In this document: positions 62,573 through 64,000 of the stretch, one piece after another
How the letters are laid out: every line of letters starts with the position of its first letter
Numbering within the stretch: position 1 is the first letter of the stretch
DNA from: Tubiluchus corallicola
Lineage: Eukaryota > Animalia > Priapulida
Assembly (NCBI GenBank): GCA_030141605.1
Contig: JAQGDQ010000599.1
Coordinates: 53,432 to 117,431 of the forward strand
Length of the DNA: 64,000 nucleotides
Direction: 5' to 3'
The notes under the pieces: model-generated
Told to the model about the DNA's origin: nothing
What the model saw: the letters and a program-made list of their open reading frames with translations, nothing else
Database searches by the model: none
Translations under genes and position numbers: made by a program

Positions 62573-64000
62573 TTTCAGCACCAAAACATGAGCGTGATGC
62601 ATACGTCACTGACAATGGTGTTTTGGTGACCGTAAACAGCATTACGTCGACATTCCACAAACAGAGAGAGTATTCTACAACTGTTCCTTGGCGTCATACT
62701 ATAGCTGATCGAAAGCCGGGCATAGAACGCAAAATATCTGACCACATTCCTAAATCTATCGACCAATTAGACAGTTTTGCTGAACCAGTTGAAGCATTAT
62801 CACATGAAATGTTGTCTGTTTTAGTGAAGGAAAATTTGCTCTTGATTAAGCAGGTCGTCATCAGTACTGTGGAAGTTACGTCAACTACCAGAAAATCAAT
62901 AATGCCTTTACAAGTTAAAACAGTCGAGGCAGGTACTGACTATGAATGTGCGCTTGCAGAATCAAGCGTGGCTGCTAATGATATTGGTATGATCAGTAAA
63001 GCAGTAGATACTGCTGATGGGATTGGACATGTAAGTTACACCGATACTGGATCGGATTCCATTCATTTTGCAGACATTGATGTAGCTGGTGTTTCAAAGT
63101 CTTTGGACACAACAGACATTGGTACTGGTATAGAAGATTTTTCTGCTACTACTGATACTGGGTCCAATGCCGTAGAAATAGAAACATTTGAAACAGGAAC
63201 CAGTCCAGTTGGATGGACGAATGAAGTCGATGAAATTCAGTTTGCAGATCAATATTCAGAAACAGTCCCTGTTACCACTGTGGATACTGGTATTGGGTCT
63301 GCAAGGGTCAGTCTTATTGATGCTGCAACAGTTAGTGAAGCAATACGCTTGGCTGATGCTTCATCTGAAACTTACCCATCACAAACTGTAGATACTGGTA
63401 TTGGATCTGCAAGGGTCAGTCTTATTGATGTTGCAACAGTCAGTGAAGCAATACGATTGGCTGATGCTTCCTCTGAAACTCTATCATCACAGACTGTAGA
63501 TACTGGTATTGGATCTGCAAGGGTCAGTCTTATTGATGCTGCAACAGTTAGTGAAGCAATACGTTTGGCTGATGCTTCCTCTGAAACTTTACCATCACAA
63601 ACTGTGGATACTGGTATTGGATCTGCAAGGGTCAGCCTTATTGATGCTGCAACAGTTAGTGAAGCAATACAATTGGCTGATGCTTCCTCTGAAACTTTAC
63701 CAGCACAGACTGTGGATACTGGTATTGGATCTGCAAGGGTCAGCCTTATTGATGCTGCAACAGTTAGTGAAGCAATACAATTGGCTGATGCTTCCTCTGA
63801 AACTTTACCAGCACAGACTGTGGATACTGGTATTGGATCTGCAAGGGTCAGCCTTATTGATGCTGCAACAGTTAGTGAAGCAATACAATTGGCTGATGCT
63901 TCCTCTGAAACTCTACCATCACAGACTGTGGATACTGGTATTGGATCTGCAAGGGTCAGCCTTATTGATGCTGCAACAGTTAGTGAAGCAATACAATTGG
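62573..64000 (+). CDS. Ank2: Third large exon, open to the window edge (missed by ORF track because no stop is reached)
   Basis: gtgcag|TT TCA GCA CCA AAA...; phase 1; ~475 stop-free codons (VSAPKHERDAYVTDNGVLVTV...) leading into a 36-aa repeat array. Confidence 0.8.
63277..64000 (+). repeat. Coding minisatellite, 108-nt/36-aa unit TVDTGIGSARVSLIDAATVSEAI(R/Q)LADASSETLP(S/A)Q, at least 6.7 copies
   Basis: Units start at 63277, 63385, 63493, 63601, 63709, 63817, 63925. Confidence 0.95.

Larger units (their letters stand above)
1006..64000 (+). other. Ank2: Multi-exon canonical ankyrin gene (ANK repeats-ZU5-ZU5-UPA-death domain-giant acidic tail), incomplete at both ends
   Basis: About 30 GT-AG exons splice with compatible phases into one frame containing hallmark ankyrin sequences ([55 protein letters not shown]). 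Symbol reflects family membership, not tested orthology. Confidence 0.97.

Overview
Eukaryotic, AT-rich genomic DNA from an invertebrate animal, probably a protostome (inferred from the protein and 5S-like sequences). The whole window lies inside one + strand gene: a canonical ankyrin (Ank2/unc-44 type). I reconstructed the exon chain by hand from GT-AG sites and phase matching: ANK repeats ~5-24 (1006-14642), a linker with cassette/micro-exons, ZU5-ZU5-UPA (32083-40131), a death domain (42379-43074) and a long acidic tail. The gene start is upstream and the gene runs off the right edge. The tail has three very large exons placed after the death domain: 1143 nt; 5259 nt with 43 copies of a 19-aa repeat plus 7 copies of a 21-aa repeat; and an exon of at least 1428 nt with a 36-aa repeat that the ORF track missed. 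The 12.4-kb intron before ZU5 holds several frame-preserving phase-2 exon candidates, one encoding 10 Trp in 40 residues. Introns also contain two TSD-flanked copies of a 5S rRNA-headed SINE, several MITE families, and many mini/microsatellites. All exon calls are sequence-only predictions without transcript evidence.
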